Notes: generated from the sequence alone by a model not told the origin. A stretch of DNA of 64,000 nucleotides from an uncultured Gemmatimonadaceae bacterium (GCA_963716745.1 OY970320.1:704001-768000), one strand, 5' to 3'; positions 1 through 11,580 are shown, counted from the first letter of the stretch. Numbers and translations are program-made.

Positions 1-338
1 ATCGTGGTGCGGAACCCGGCGCGGAACAGATAGAGGATGGCCGAGATGAGCGTGCCGGCGTGGCCGATACCGACCCAGAAGACGAACGTCGTGATGTACA
101 CGCCCCACATCACCGGCGGCGCGTAGCCCGCGACGCCCACGCCCATGTAGATCTGGTACGTCCACGCGGCCGCGCCGATGAGAAGGCAGACGATCGAGAT
201 GAGCAGCAGCGCGAACCACGCCTTCGTGGGACGCAGCGTGTCGAGGATCTCGTCGTTCACCTGCGTGTAATTCGTCACCGCCGGCAACTGCACGTTGGCC
301 GACGACACGTTCGGGCGCCGCATCGTTTCGCTCGACAT
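1..338 (-). CDS. actC: NrfD/PsrC-family polysulfide-reductase-like membrane subunit (ACIII ActC), 5' part; runs off the window
   Basis: Manual translation from ATG at 338: MSSETMRRPNVSSANVQLPAVTNYTQVNDEILDTLRPTKAWF...YAPPVMWGVYITTFVFWVGIGHAGTLISAILYLFRAGFRTT. The FVFWVGIGHAGTLISAIL motif is typical of ActC/NrfD, and the gene follows actB. Confidence 0.9.
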   Translation of the reverse strand, partial: MSSETMRRPNVSSANVQLPAVTNYTQVNDEILDTLRPTKAWFALLLISIVCLLIGAAAWTYQIYMGVGVAGYAPPVMWGVYITTFVFWVGIGHAGTLISAILYLFRAGFRTT

Positions 339-344
339 GCGCGC

Positions 345-3300
345 CTACGCCTTGGCCGGCGCGCCCGGCGCCGGGTGCAGGAGCTTCTTCAAGTACACCA
401 CCGCCGTGTAGGTGTTGAGCTCCTCGAACACGTGGTACGCGCGCCGGTCCTGCGCGAGCTTCGCCACGCTCCACGCGGGATCCGCCGCGTCGCCGAAGGT
501 GATCGCCTTCGACGGACACGCCTGCGCGCACGCCGTCGTGAACTCATCGGCGGCCACCGGACGCCCCTCGAGCTTGGCGCGATGCTCGCTCTCGCGGATG
601 CGCTGCACGCAGAAGCTGCACTTCTCCATCACGCCCTTGCCGCGCACGGTCACGTCCGGATTCAGCTGCCAGTTCATCCGTTCCGGCCAGGCGTACTGGG
701 GCCGGTCGCGCTCGCCGTACCCGAACCAATTGAAGTAACGCACCTTGTACGGGCAGTTGTTCGAGCAGTACCGCGTGCCGACGCAGCGATTGTACACCTG
801 CACGTTCAGTCCATCGGGCGAGTGGTACGTCGCGTACACCGGGCACACCGGCTCGCACGGCGCGTTGCCGCAGTGCTGGCACAGCATCGGGACGAAGCGC
901 GCATCGAAGTCGCCGCCGTCCTCGCCGCCTTCCCAATAGCGCTCGAGGCGCAGCCAGTTCATCTCGCGGCCGCGCAGGATGTTGCCGCCCGCCTGCCCTT
1001 CCATGCCCGCGGTCGCACTGTGCTGGTACGGCGCGCCAACAGTCGGAATGTTGTTCTCGGCGTAGCACGCGGTGACGCACGCCGAGCAGCCGGTGCAGCG
1101 CGCGAGATCGACCGTCATCGCCCAGCGCCGCTTCGCCATGCCGCTCCAATGATCCGGCGCGTACATGCCGCGCAGATTGTTGTCGCTCGGTAGATCGCCC
1201 TGTGCATCCTGCGCCACCGGCGCGCGCAGCCCGGGCAGGAACGCGTGCGACGCGTCGCCGGGCATGTTCTCCGGCCCTTCGGGCTTCGCGTTGAGTTCGG
1301 CGACGGTGGTCGCCTGGCCGATGCCGCGGCCATGCTGGCGATTCGAACCGGCGGTGGTGACGATCGGCTTGAAGTCGCCGGTCTTCGAAAGCTTCACCTT
1401 CGTCGCGGTCCACGCGCGCCCCGATGACTTGGTGTCGAACGCGAGCGGCACCGCGTCAGAGGCGTTCACGCCGATCCCCTTCGCGTAGCGGCCGTACGCG
1501 GTGTGCCCCTGCCCCGCGGCCACCGCGACCGTGTCCTTCTGCAGCCCCATGTACAGATATGCGGGCGCGGTGATCTTGCCGGCGGCGCTCTCGAGCGTGA
1601 CGACATCGCCTTCATCGATGCCGAGTTTGGCCGCCGTCTCCGGATTGATCTCGATCACCGACTGCCAGAGGACCTTCGTGACCGGATCGGGGAGTTCCTG
1701 CAGCCACGGCTTGTTCGCACCGCTGCCATCGCCCAGGATCGGCGACGGATAGACGAACAAGTAGACATCGCCGGACGTCCCTTCGATGTTCGCCGCAGGG
1801 AGCGTCGCCTTCACCGGCGAATGCTTGGCCGTCGAGCGAAGCGCCGTGCCGGCGCCCGTTCCCTTCACGAGCGCGGCCGTGAACGCCGCCGCGCCACCGG
1901 CATAGCGGCTGATCAACCAGCTGCGGTAGTCCTTCTGCGCCGCAGCGCGCGACGGCGGATATACCGCGAGCAAAACGTCCGCCGTCTGCCGCGTGTCGTA
2001 CACGGGATCCATGCCCGGCTGCTGCAGCGTGAGCATGCCCGGCATCGCTTGCGCATCGCCCCAGCTCTCGAGCGGGTGATGATCGGGCAGCACGAGATCG
2101 CACATCTCGCTCGTCTCGTCGGGATAGCTCGAGAAACTGACCTTGAACGGCACTCTCGCGAACGCCTCATCGACTCTTCGCGGCCTTCGGAATGAAATAG
2201 ATCGGATTCACGCCGCGCACGAAGGCGATCGGTACCTGTCCGGCGCGCATGCGCCCGATCGCATCTACCACCTCGCCGCCGACGCTGATCCCCTCGAAAC
2301 TCGAGAGCGGCTTGGCCGGCAGCACGGTGACGCCGACGTTGCCCGCCTGCTTGTTGAGCGCGTTCACCGCGAGCGCGAGATCGGTCGCGTGACCGCCGTG
2401 TCCGCCCGCCAACACCACGCTCGGCTTCGCGGCGGCGAATTCCTTCTGCAGCAGCGCGAGCTTTTCGGCGGGAACGCCGCTCGCCTGCGCGGCCGGCGGC
2501 GACCGTCATCGTGCCCGCAAGCGCCTGCGCGATCGCGATGCCCGTGCCCGGCTTGCAGGCGAGCCATTCGTCGGCGTTGAGCCCGGTGAGCGAGCGGCGC
2601 GGCCCGATGTACCAGAATCGCGGCGCGCCCTCGAGCTTCGCGCGCGCATCGGCGAAGTCGAGCTGATGACTCACCGGCGAGCCCCACGTCTCGAGGAAAT
2701 CCGCGCCGAAAGAGATGATCAGCTTCGCCGCGCCGAGATCGATGGACGGCCACGCCACGCCGTATGACTGCTGGTTCGCCGCGATCGCGCCGGCGTCCGC
2801 GAGCGGATCCATGCTCAGGTGCGCGGGCATACCGAAGCTCGCGAGCCACGTGTCGAGGAACGCGGGGAAGGACCCGGACTCGTGGCGGTTCATGAACACC
2901 GCATTGCCCGCCTGCCCCTTGCTCGCCGCCTCGTTCATCTTCGTGGAGAGCAGCGCGATCGCCTTTTCCCACGTCGTGTCGGTGAGCACGCCGTTCTCGC
3001 GCACTCTCGGATTCTTGTAGCGGTCGGGATTGTACAGGCCCTGCACGGCCGCCTGCCCCCGCGCGCAGATCGCGCCGCGATTCGTGGCATGCGCCGGATT
3101 GCCCTCGAGCTTGGTCACGCGCCCGTCGCGCGTTTCCATGAGGATGCCGCAGCCGGCCGAGCATTCGCGGCAGACGGACGTGTAGTAGTTCGAGACGCCC
3201 GGCACCGTCTCGTCGGGATTCACGAGATACGGGATGAGCTTGTACGTGCGGTCGGTGCATCCCGCGGTGCCGACGGCCGCGCCGACGACGCCGAGCACCT

Positions 3301-3349
3301 TGAGGAAATCGCGACGCTTCACGCCGTCGGGCATCTCGCGCTCACTCAT
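345..3349 (-). CDS. actB: ACIII ActB-like fusion: Tat-exported molybdopterin-oxidoreductase-like domain + C-terminal 4Fe-4S dicluster domain (frameshifts near 2160 and 2490)
   Basis: ORF 1913-3349 starts with KRRDFLK Tat signal and lipobox Cys, then CRECSAGC..C. ORF 345-2153 has a molybdopterin dinucleotide-binding-like region and CTGCSACVTAC, CQHCGNAPCEPVC, CVGTRYCSNNC, CSFC..CAQAC motifs. Confidence 0.9.
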
Positions 3350-3362
3350 GCGGGCGTCGTCT

Positions 3363-4052
3363 CTAGTAGTGGCAGGTGGCGCAATCGAACGCGGCCTTCC
3401 ATGCCTTGTTCACGTTCCCGACATGACAATTCACGCACCACCCCATGTTCAGCGAGGGATACTGGAACACGCGCGTCATGTTCTGCACCGGACCGTGGCA
3501 CGCCTGGCAGTTCACGCCGGCGTTCACGTGCCGCATGTGCGGGAAGTTCACGTAGTCGGGCACACGGTAGATGCGCTGCCACGGGATCGCTTCCTTCTTC
3601 GTCCAATACGCCTGCAGTTTCTGGATCCCCTCGCTCGTGCGCGCGGGCTTGCCGTTCATCGCGGGACGATTCGGGCCCACGATGAGGTGACATCCCATGC
3701 AGGTGCCGACCGCGGGCATGCCCGGGTCGGGCGCTTTGTTCGCGGAGAAGTGGCAATACAAGCAATTCATGCCGAGCGTTTGCACGTGCGTCGGATGCGG
3801 GAACGCGATCGGTTGCACGGGCGCGCGCCCCTGAGGCGTCGAGGCGCCGGAGTATCCCCATGGCGCGCGCTCGACGGTTGTGTCTGGCGGTTGGGTCGCG
3901 GCGGGCGTCGCGGGCGATGACGTGGGACCGCTCTGAGGAGCGGCGCTCTGCTGGCCCGCGGAAGCCGACGTCACGAATACCACGCGATACGAAGCGAGGG
4001 ACGAAAGCACGACGACGGCACCAGCGATCGCCCACGAGCTGCGCAGTGTCAT
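3363..4052 (-). CDS. actA: Pentaheme cytochrome c3-family protein (ACIII ActA)
   Basis: Five CxxCH motifs (CLYCH, CMGCH, CQACH, CVNCH, CATCH), PDYVNFPHMRH motif and N-terminal TM anchor; the start could be further upstream (4148). Confidence 0.9.
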   Translation of the reverse strand: MTLRSSWAIAGAVVVLSSLASYRVVFVTSASAGQQSAAPQSGPTSSPATPAATQPPDTTVERAPWGYSGASTPQGRAPVQPIAFPHPTHVQTLGMNCLYCHFSANKAPDPGMPAVGTCMGCHLIVGPNRPAMNGKPARTSEGIQKLQAYWTKKEAIPWQRIYRVPDYVNFPHMRHVNAGVNCQACHGPVQNMTRVFQYPSLNMGWCVNCHVGNVNKAWKAAFDCATCHY

Positions 4053-4188
4053 CGAGCGAGTGGTCCTCGCGAGGGGAAGAGCGAACGGGTGAAAGAACTT
4101 GGCAACTTCACCGCGCGGAAAACTGCCCGTCTGAGAGGCGCGGCGCAAGTGCCGCGCGTCGCGTCGCGCGCGCGATGCGGTGTGCGCT

Positions 4189-4932
4189 TCACCGCGCGAG
4201 CAAGGCCGACGCGTCGGCCAGCGTTATCCCGAGTAAATCGTTCGGCAACAATTCGAGATTCGCGCGCGGCGTTTGCGTCAGTCGCAGCGGCCAGCCGCTG
4301 CCATAGAGCAGGCGCCCCGGCCCCACAGTGCGCACGAGATGCGCGAGATCGTCGGCCGGGGGTCCCGCGACCCACGAGATGTCCCACCAGATGCGCATGC
4401 GCTCCTCGTGCGTGAGCGATTCGCGGGTGGACTCGATGAGTTCGCGGCCGGCGGCGGCGATCACGATCTTCACGCGCACCGATGCACGCACGGCGCTTCG
4501 GATCGCCGCGGCGTTCAGCATCGGCGCGCGCTCGAGCCGCACGGTGAGCAGGAGCGGGATGCCCGCCTCGCCACACGCGGATGCGAGTTCGTTCATCGCG
4601 GGATCGTCGGCTCGCATCTTCCATTTGCGTGGATAGGCACGGATCGCGGCGGCACCGCGAACCACCTCGCGCTCGAGCGCCTGCTCCCACCCGTCGCGGC
4701 CGGGCCGGATCGCGGGCACATGCGCGAGCACGCCGCGGTGCGCGCTCAGCGCGGCGAAGAGCGCGTCATTGCCGGGTAGCGGATCGTCGGCGAACGCCGA
4801 TGGCAAGTAACCCACCCAGCCGCCGTCCACGCCTTCGCGCGTGAGCACGCGCGCGAGCACGGCGGCCTCGGGGTGCGGCACCGCGCGATATGGCACGCTG
4901 CCGATGGAGAGATTCACATCGATGAGGCTCAC
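4189..4932 (-). CDS. Amidohydrolase_2-like TIM-barrel protein (degenerate metal motif)
   Basis: GTG start overlaps the upstream stop; N-terminal LIDVN and C-terminal GRLLYGSGWP resemble the amidohydrolase_2 family. Confidence 0.65.
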   Translation of the reverse strand: MSLIDVNLSIGSVPYRAVPHPEAAVLARVLTREGVDGGWVGYLPSAFADDPLPGNDALFAALSAHRGVLAHVPAIRPGRDGWEQALEREVVRGAAAIRAYPRKWKMRADDPAMNELASACGEAGIPLLLTVRLERAPMLNAAAIRSAVRASVRVKIVIAAAGRELIESTRESLTHEERMRIWWDISWVAGPPADDLAHLVRTVGPGRLLYGSGWPLRLTQTPRANLELLPNDLLGITLADASALLAR

Positions 4933-5660
4933 GCCGGCTCCGCGAGCTTCGGGAAGACGCGGAATGCGTTCTTCCACCGGATCGCCTCGATCACGTCGGT
5001 GCCCGGCGCGATCACGTCGAGCGCGCGCAGCTGCGCGAGCCCCGTTTCCATTTGCGCGCCGGTGCCCCAGAGCAGGCGCTCGGGCCCGAGCACCCCGAGC
5101 GCGCGATCGAGCATCCCGCGCTCGGTACGCGCGCCGGAGATGTCCACGGCCACGTTCGTGAGCGGCGCGACGGAGGCGATGGTGCTCTCCCAGTACGGAT
5201 CGTCGCCAAGCGCGGCGAGCACGAAGGTCGTTCCCGGGTGATCCTTCGCGAGCCGGGCGATGACCGCGCGGTCGCCGAACCGGAGCGGCATGCGGTGCAG
5301 CGCGCACGTTTCCGCGATCGCCGCGTGCGAGTGGTGCGAGAATTCGGCCCATATCTGCAACTCGATCGCCACGACTCCTCCCTTCGCGGCGTCGACGATC
5401 GCCTGGCGCATCTCCTCCTCGCCGAAATCTTCATCGCTGTCGTCTGATTCCATGGCAGCGTCGAGGAAGTCCAGCGGATTGACCCACGCGCAAATGCGGA
5501 CCGACGGAGCGCGCCGCCGCTCGATCGCGTCGTGCGCGCGCGGCACGATGTGCGTCGTGATCCCGATCCGCTCGGCCGCGCGCATCCGTGCGTCGTTCGG
5601 GAGATCGGCCGAGATCCCCGCGCTCGCGGGCGCGAACGCCGCGTTCACGTCCACGAGCAT
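4929..5660 (-). CDS. Amidohydrolase_2-like protein (degenerate metal motif)
   Basis: MLVDVN..., NVAVDISG...LGPERLLWGT...IRWKNA pattern of amidohydrolase family 2. Confidence 0.65.
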   Translation of the reverse strand: MLVDVNAAFAPASAGISADLPNDARMRAAERIGITTHIVPRAHDAIERRRAPSVRICAWVNPLDFLDAAMESDDSDEDFGEEEMRQAIVDAAKGGVVAIELQIWAEFSHHSHAAIAETCALHRMPLRFGDRAVIARLAKDHPGTTFVLAALGDDPYWESTIASVAPLTNVAVDISGARTERGMLDRALGVLGPERLLWGTGAQMETGLAQLRALDVIAPGTDVIEAIRWKNAFRVFPKLAEPA

Positions 5661-6440
5661 CACGACCCTCCGCCGCGCACCCGCTCGATGGTGCGCAGCA
5701 CTTCCAGCGCCATCGAGCGCGCCAGCATGATCTCGCGCGCGTTCGGCGCGGCGCGATACGTGAGCGAGCGCAGGCTCCGCATCACCAGCTCGGGATTCCG
5801 CGTGCGGAAGAAGTCCATCGCCGCGAGCGCGCGCTCGGCGTCGGCGAACAGCTCTTCGAATTGCTCGGCGCTCGCGGGCGGCGCATCCTTGCGCGGCGGC
5901 GCGAGCGTGCGCGCGTTCTCCGGCGCGGCGCACCGCAACTCGTACAGCGCGAGGATCACGGCCTGCGCCAGATTCAGCGACGCACGCTCGGTGGTGGGGA
6001 TCGTGAGCACCACATGCGCGCGGTCGAGTTCGTCGTTAGTGAGCCCCGACTCCTCGCGCCCGAACACGAGCGCCACGGTGCCTTCGCGAGCGGCAGCGAT
6101 CAGATCCGGCGACGCTTCGCGCGGCGCGCTCACCGCCCACTTGGCCGCCCGACGCCGCGCGGTGAACCCTGCCACGCGCACGCAGCCCTCGAGCGCCGCG
6201 TCGAGCGTATCGTAGTGCCGCATCTGCTCCACGATGTCGCGCGTGTCGTGCGCGATCGTCTCGATCTGCTCCGGTGTGTACGCGCCCGGCCGCACCAGGC
6301 GCAAGCCGCCGGCGCCCATGTTCGCCGCCGCGCGCACCGCCGCCGCGATGTTCACCGCGTGCTTGGGCTCCACGAGCACGACGATGATGTTCGCCAGCGG
6401 GTCGGCGTCGCGCGCGGATGCGTCGGTGGAGCGGTGTCAT
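5660..6440 (-). CDS. SPOUT RNA methyltransferase, TrmJ/LasT (TrmH) family; probable frameshift at the extreme N-terminus
   Basis: IIVVLVEPKHAVNIAAAVRAAANMG and VALVFGREESGLTNDEL...SLNLAQAV motifs. Confidence 0.85.
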
Positions 6441-6522
6441 TCCAGAGCAAAGTTCGCCGCCGCACTCCGCGCCCGCAACACACGTGGTTGACCCGCGCCA
6501 CTCCCCCGCCGAGCTTTGGGGC

Positions 6523-7170
6523 ATGCAATGGCTCTCGAACTTCTTTCACCAGCTGTCCGACCTCGAAGGGCTGATCCGCTGGGGCGGCTACTTCGTCATC
6601 ACCGCCATCATTTTCGCGGAGACCGGACTTCTCCTCGGCTTCTTCCTCCCCGGCGATTCGCTGCTGGTCACGGCGGGGCTGCTCTGCGGCACGGGACTGC
6701 TCAACATCTGGCTGCTCGGGATCCTCGTCACGGTGGCGGCGATCGTGGGCCAGTCGCTGGGCTACGCGATCGGCAAGGCCGCCGGGCCGCCGCTCTTCAA
6801 GCGCGAGGATTCACGGTTCTTCAAACGCCGCTATCTGGTGCAGGCGCATGAATTCTACGAGAAGCACGGCGGCAAGACCGTCGTCATCGCGCGGTTCATG
6901 CCGATCTTCCGCACGTTCGTGCCGGTCGTGGCCGGCGCGGCGGCGATGGAGTTCCGCGCGTACACTATCTTCAATGTGGTGGGCGCGGCGCTCTGGGTCT
7001 GGAGCATGCTGATCATCGGATATCTGCTGGGCAACATCCCAGGCGTACGGCAGCACATCGATGTCGTTATCATTGTGGTGATCCTCCTCTCGCTCATGCC
7101 AGGCGCGATCGCATGGCTCCGCCAGCGTCAGCAAGCGGCGCGTCCAGAGAACACCCTTCCGGAGAAATGA
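6523..7170 (+). CDS. DedA/VTT-domain membrane protein
   Basis: [19 protein letters not shown] and [17 protein letters not shown]edA motifs. Confidence 0.92.
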   Translation: MQWLSNFFHQLSDLEGLIRWGGYFVITAIIFAETGLLLGFFLPGDSLLVTAGLLCGTGLLNIWLLGILVTVAAIVGQSLGYAIGKAAGPPLFKREDSRFFKRRYLVQAHEFYEKHGGKTVVIARFMPIFRTFVPVVAGAAAMEFRAYTIFNVVGAALWVWSMLIIGYLLGNIPGVRQHIDVVIIVVILLSLMPGAIAWLRQRQQAARPENTLPEK

Positions 7171-7171
7171 A

Positions 7172-7789
7172 ATGGCATTCACGCTCCCGCCCCTTCCCTT
7201 CGACGCCGCCGCGCTCGAGCCGCACATCGATGCGATGACGATGTCGATCCATCACGATAAGCATCATCAGGCGTACGTCACGAATCTCAACGCGGCGCTC
7301 GAGAAGGCGCCCGATCTCTTCGGTAAGAGCCTGGACGACATCATCAAGAACCTGAACGCGGTGCCCGAGGCGATCCGCGGCGCGGTGCGCAACAACGGCG
7401 GCGGCCACTGGAATCATTCCCTCTTCTGGCGTCTCATGGTGCCGAAGAGCGGCGGTGAACCCAGTGGCGACCTCGGCGCGGCGATCCGCTCTACCTTCGG
7501 CGACTTCGCGAAATTCCGCGAGCAGATCAACGCCGCCGGCCTCGCGCGCTTCGGATCGGGCTGGGCGTGGCTCGTGCTGGACGGCTCGGGCGCGCTCAAG
7601 ATCGAGAGCACGCCGAACCAGGACAATCCGCTCATGGAGGGCAAGACGGCGCTGTTCGGCGTGGACGTGTGGGAACACGCGTACTACCTCAAGTACCAGA
7701 ACCGCCGCGCCGACTACCTCAATGCGTTCTGGAACGTCGTGCACTGGGGCGAAGTGCAGTCGCGTTACGAGGCGGCGAAGAAGAAATAG
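7172..7789 (+). CDS. sodA: Superoxide dismutase [Mn/Fe], probably Mn
   Basis: [22 protein letters not shown] and DVWEHAYY motifs. Confidence 0.95.
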   Translation: MAFTLPPLPFDAAALEPHIDAMTMSIHHDKHHQAYVTNLNAALEKAPDLFGKSLDDIIKNLNAVPEAIRGAVRNNGGGHWNHSLFWRLMVPKSGGEPSGDLGAAIRSTFGDFAKFREQINAAGLARFGSGWAWLVLDGSGALKIESTPNQDNPLMEGKTALFGVDVWEHAYYLKYQNRRADYLNAFWNVVHWGEVQSRYEAAKKK

Positions 7790-7848
7790 TTCATCGTGCG
7801 TCGTTCCTCGTTCCTCAGCCTTCGCTCGAGGAACGGGGAACGATGATC
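7790..7848. repeat. Heptamer-type inverted repeat (TTCATCG/TTCCTCG ... GAGGAAC/GGGGAAC) between convergent genes
   Basis: ttcatcg tgcgtcg ttcctcg ttcctca...gaggaac ggggaac gatgatc read directly from the sequence. Confidence 0.6.
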
Positions 7849-8983
7849 CGCGCCAGCCATGGCGGCGCGATGAAGGTGGTGACCATCACCATGAGCGTGA
7901 GCGCGCTGAACAGTTGAACGTTCAACACGCCCGAAGTCAGCCCCACCTGCGCGAAGATCAAGCCCACTTCGCCGCGCGGCACCATCGCGACGCCCACGAG
8001 CAGCTTGTTCCCCCGGAACCACCAGGGCGAGAATCCCGCGAGGACCTTCCCCGCGATGCCCACCGCGATCAGCGCACCGCCGATCAGCAGGATCGGTCCG
8101 TGCAGCGAGCGCGCGCACGTCGACGCTCGCGCCGACCACGGCGAAGAAGAGCGGCACCACGTAGTGACCGAGCGTCGTGATGCTCCCCTCGATGGCATCG
8201 CGCTGCTTGGTCCCGTGCAGGATGAGTCCCGCGGCGAACGCGCCGATGATCATCGCGGAACCGGACGTGTCCGCGAGCCACGCGAGCAACAGCGCGATCG
8301 AGAGCGCCAGCGGACCCAGAACTTCCGCCGAGCCGGCGAACGCGCCGATGCCCTTGATCGTCGGCGGCACGACGATGTTGCCGATCACCAGCGCCGCCAC
8401 GATGAACCCGACAGCGATGCCCGCGATCCGCACGACTTCCAGCGGCGTCACGCTCAGGCCGCTCGCCAGACCGCTCACCACCGAGAGGATGATCAGGCCC
8501 ACGATGTCGTCCAGCACCGCCGCGCCGAGCACGACCTGCCCTTCGCGCGAGGCGAGCTGCCCGAGATCGGTGAGCACGCGCGCCGAGATCCCGATCGATG
8601 TCGCGGTGAGCGCCGCGCCGCAGACGATCGCCGGCAATTCGGCTGACGCCGAGCACCCGCGCCACGATGTAGCCGGCCACGAACGGCACCGCGACGCCGA
8701 CGCTCGCGACCATCGCCGCGGTCCCTCCCACGCGGATCAGCGATCGCAGGCTCGTATGCAGCCCGATCTCGAGGAGCAGCACGAGCACGCCCAACTCGGA
8801 CAGAGCGTGCATCACCGGTTCGGTCGGGTGCAGCACGTTCAGCAGCGACCCGCCGAGCAACACGCCCGCGAGCAACTCCCCGAGCACCGCGGGTTGTCCG
8901 ATGCGCTGCGCCGCCGCGCCGAGCAGCTTGGCGGCGGCGAGCACGATGAGCAGAGCGAGGATCAGCGATGCGACGTCGTGCAT
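7815..8983 (-). CDS. Cation:proton antiporter (CPA2, Kef/NapA type); frameshifts near 8110 and 8640
   Basis: QPAVLGELLAG, ATSIGISARVL, GAAVLDDIVG and GVAMVPRGEVGLIFA spread over three ORFs. Confidence 0.88.
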
Positions 8984-8996
8984 TGGCTCGCGCCGC

Positions 8997-10964
8997 CTAC
9001 TCGGGCGTGATGTCGCCCTCGAGGTACGTGTAACCCTCGAGCCCCGCCACGTATTCCGCGATGAACGTGTTCGCCTCGGCGCGCGAGAGATCCTTCGCGG
9101 CGGCCACCTTCCGCCGGAACATCGCGAGCAGATCGGCCGCGCGGAACTGGACGTAGTTCAGCACTTCCGTCACGGTGTCGCCGTGCACGAGGTCGGTCAC
9201 CTCATATCCGTTCGGCGAGAGCCGCACGTGCACCGCGTTCGTGTCGCCGAACAGGTTGTGCAGATCGCCCAGGATCTCCTGGTACGCGCCCGTGAGGAAG
9301 ATCGCGAGGATGTATTCCTCGCCGTGCCGGAACGGATGGAGTTCGAGCGCCGGGCGCCCGTGCTTGCCTCCGGTGAAGCGGTCGATCTTCCCATCGGAGT
9401 CGCACGTGACATCCTGCAGCGTGCCGCGGCGGTCCGGCGCCTCGTTCAGGCGGTGGATCGGCATGATCGGGAAGAGATGGTCGATCGCCCAGCTGTCGGG
9501 CAGCGACTGGAAGACGGAGAAATTGCAGAAGTACCGGTCGACGCGCTGCGCTTCGAGCTCGTCGATGATATCCTCGTACTCCTCGCGGTCCTTCTGCGCG
9601 ATGCGCACCGCGGCGTTGATCGTGGCCGTGTACAGCTGCTCGGCGAGCGCGCGGCCGCGCAGCGAGAGCACGCCGCTGATGAACAGCGCCTGCGCGCGTT
9701 CCTTGGCGAACGTCGCGTCGTGGTACACCTCACGCACCGACCGCGCCGTGAGCGACGCCAACTCCTCTCGCATCTCGTGCAGGATCGGATGATCGTCGTC
9801 GGTGAGCTGCGGCGCTTCGATCGACTGCGGCGATTCCACGTCGATCACATTGATCAGCAGCAGCGCGTGGTGCGCGGTCACCGCGCGCCCCGACTCGGTG
9901 ATCAAATGCGGCATCGGCAGGTCGTGCTCTTTGCACGCTTCCGCCAGCGTGTACACCACGTCGTTCGCGTACTCCTGCACAGAGTAGTTCACGCTCGCGG
10001 TGACGGTCGAGCCCGAGCCGTCGTAGTCGATGCCGAGGCCGCCGCCCACGTCCACGTGCGTGATGTTCACGCCCGCGGCATGCATCTCCTCGTAGAAGCG
10101 CGCCACTTCCTGCAGCCCGGTCTTGATGTAGCGGATGTCGGTGATCTGCGACCCGAGATGGAAATGGATGAGCTTGAGGAAGTCGAGCGAATCCGCTTCG
10201 CGCAGGCGGTCGATCACCTTCACGAGTTCGCTCGCGCTCACGCCGAACTTGCTCTTCTCGCCGCCCGTCTCGGCCCAGCGTCCGAATCCCTCGGAGGCGA
10301 GCTTGATCCGCACGCCGGCCGTGGGCCGCACACCCATCTCGCGCGCGACGCGGAGCAGCGTCTCCACTTCCGTCATCTGCTCGAGGACGATGAACACACG
10401 GTGGCCCAGCTTCTGCCCCATGAGCGCGAGCCGCATGAACTCCTCGTCCTTGTAGCCGTTGCACACGATCGTGTGCGAGGTGTCCTCGCTCATCGCCAGC
10501 ACGATCTGGAGTTCCGGCTTACTGCCGCATTCGAGCCCGACGCCCATCGACGAGCCGAACTGGACGATCTCTTCCACGACGTGCCGCTGCTGATTCACCT
10601 TCACCGGGTACACGAGCGTGTAGCCGCCGTCGTAGGCGAATTCCTTCATCGCGTCGCGGAATCCGACGGTGAGCGTCTCAATGCGGCTGCGGAGGATGTC
10701 GGAGAAGCGCAGGAGCATCGGGAGTCCCACGCCCTGCGCGGCGAGGTCGGTCGCCATCTCGAAAAGGTCCAGTTCGCGATCGGGACGCGCGCGGTCGGGG
10801 CGCACCACCGCGCGGCCGCGCGCGTTGATGTCGAAGTAGCCCAACCCCCAGCCCTCGATGTTGTACAGCAGGCGCGCGTCCTCGATCGACCACGCGGGAT
10901 CGGATGCCGGCGCGGCGGGGGCAGCCGGCGGCGCGGCGGCGGGCGTGATCGTGCTCGGATTCAT
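8997..10964 (-). CDS. speA: Biosynthetic arginine decarboxylase
   Basis: YPVKVNQ PLP lysine, GLECGSKPEL, HFHLGSQI, DVGGGLGIDYDG, TCDSDG and GAYQEILGDLHNLFG motifs. Confidence 0.96.
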   Translation of the reverse strand: MNPSTITPAAAPPAAPAAPASDPAWSIEDARLLYNIEGWGLGYFDINARGRAVVRPDRARPDRELDLFEMATDLAAQGVGLPMLLRFSDILRSRIETLTVGFRDAMKEFAYDGGYTLVYPVKVNQQRHVVEEIVQFGSSMGVGLECGSKPELQIVLAMSEDTSHTIVCNGYKDEEFMRLALMGQKLGHRVFIVLEQMTEVETLLRVAREMGVRPTAGVRIKLASEGFGRWAETGGEKSKFGVSASELVKVIDRLREADSLDFLKLIHFHLGSQITDIRYIKTGLQEVARFYEEMHAAGVNITHVDVGGGLGIDYDGSGSTVTASVNYSVQEYANDVVYTLAEACKEHDLPMPHLITESGRAVTAHHALLLINVIDVESPQSIEAPQLTDDDHPILHEMREELASLTARSVREVYHDATFAKERAQALFISGVLSLRGRALAEQLYTATINAAVRIAQKDREEYEDIIDELEAQRVDRYFCNFSVFQSLPDSWAIDHLFPIMPIHRLNEAPDRRGTLQDVTCDSDGKIDRFTGGKHGRPALELHPFRHGEEYILAIFLTGAYQEILGDLHNLFGDTNAVHVRLSPNGYEVTDLVHGDTVTEVLNYVQFRAADLLAMFRRKVAAAKDLSRAEANTFIAEYVAGLEGYTYLEGDITPE

Positions 10965-10998
10965 GGGCGTGAAGTTAGGGGCGGTGCGGCCGGTCGCG

Positions 10999-11580
10999 CT
11001 ATGGGAAGAGACGGCGGAGCGTCCAGGCGCCGCCGAGTCGCTCGAATACGCGCCGCTCGTGCAAACAATGCGCGCGCCCGTGCCAGAACTCGATGCGCTC
11101 GGGCACGACGCGGAATCCACTCCAGTGCGGCGGGCGCGGCACCGCCCGCCCGGCGAACCGCGCTTCCACCTCGCGCACCTGCGCGTCGAGCTCCGCGTCG
11201 CTCGCCAGCGTCTCGCTCTGCCGCGACGCCCATGCGCCGATCTGACTGTCGCGCGCGCGTGTCGCGAAGTACGCATCCGCCTCGGCGTCGGTCACGCGCT
11301 CCACCGTCCCCTCGACGCGCACCTGCCGCTCGAGCGGCGCCCAGTGGAAGACGAGCGCCGCCCGCGCGTTCGCGGCGAGTTCCTTCCCTTTGCGGCTGCC
11401 GAGATTGGTGTAGAACACGAAGCCCCGCGCATCGAGCGCTTTGAGCAGCACGATGCGCGCGCTCGGCGCGCCATCGGCGCCCACGGTCGCGAGCGTCATC
11501 GCGGTCGGCTCCGGAAGCCGCGCGCGGTCCACCGCCTCCGCCGCGGCGAAGTGCTCGCGGAATTCCGCGAAGGGGTCCAT
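10999..11580 (-). CDS. pdxH: Pyridoxine/pyridoxamine 5'-phosphate oxidase
   Basis: [45 protein letters not shown] and IEFW motifs. Confidence 0.95.
   Translation of the reverse strand: MDPFAEFREHFAAAEAVDRARLPEPTAMTLATVGADGAPSARIVLLKALDARGFVFYTNLGSRKGKELAANARAALVFHWAPLERQVRVEGTVERVTDAEADAYFATRARDSQIGAWASRQSETLASDAELDAQVREVEARFAGRAVPRPPHWSGFRVVPERIEFWHGRAHCLHERRVFERLGGAWTLRRLFP

Noticed and set aside
8901..11444. Long antisense ORFs (e.g. 847 aa opposite speA; also 14311-16347 and 18699-20528)
   Set aside because: Arg/Ala-rich shadow frames expected in high-GC DNA opposite or overlapping well-supported genes.
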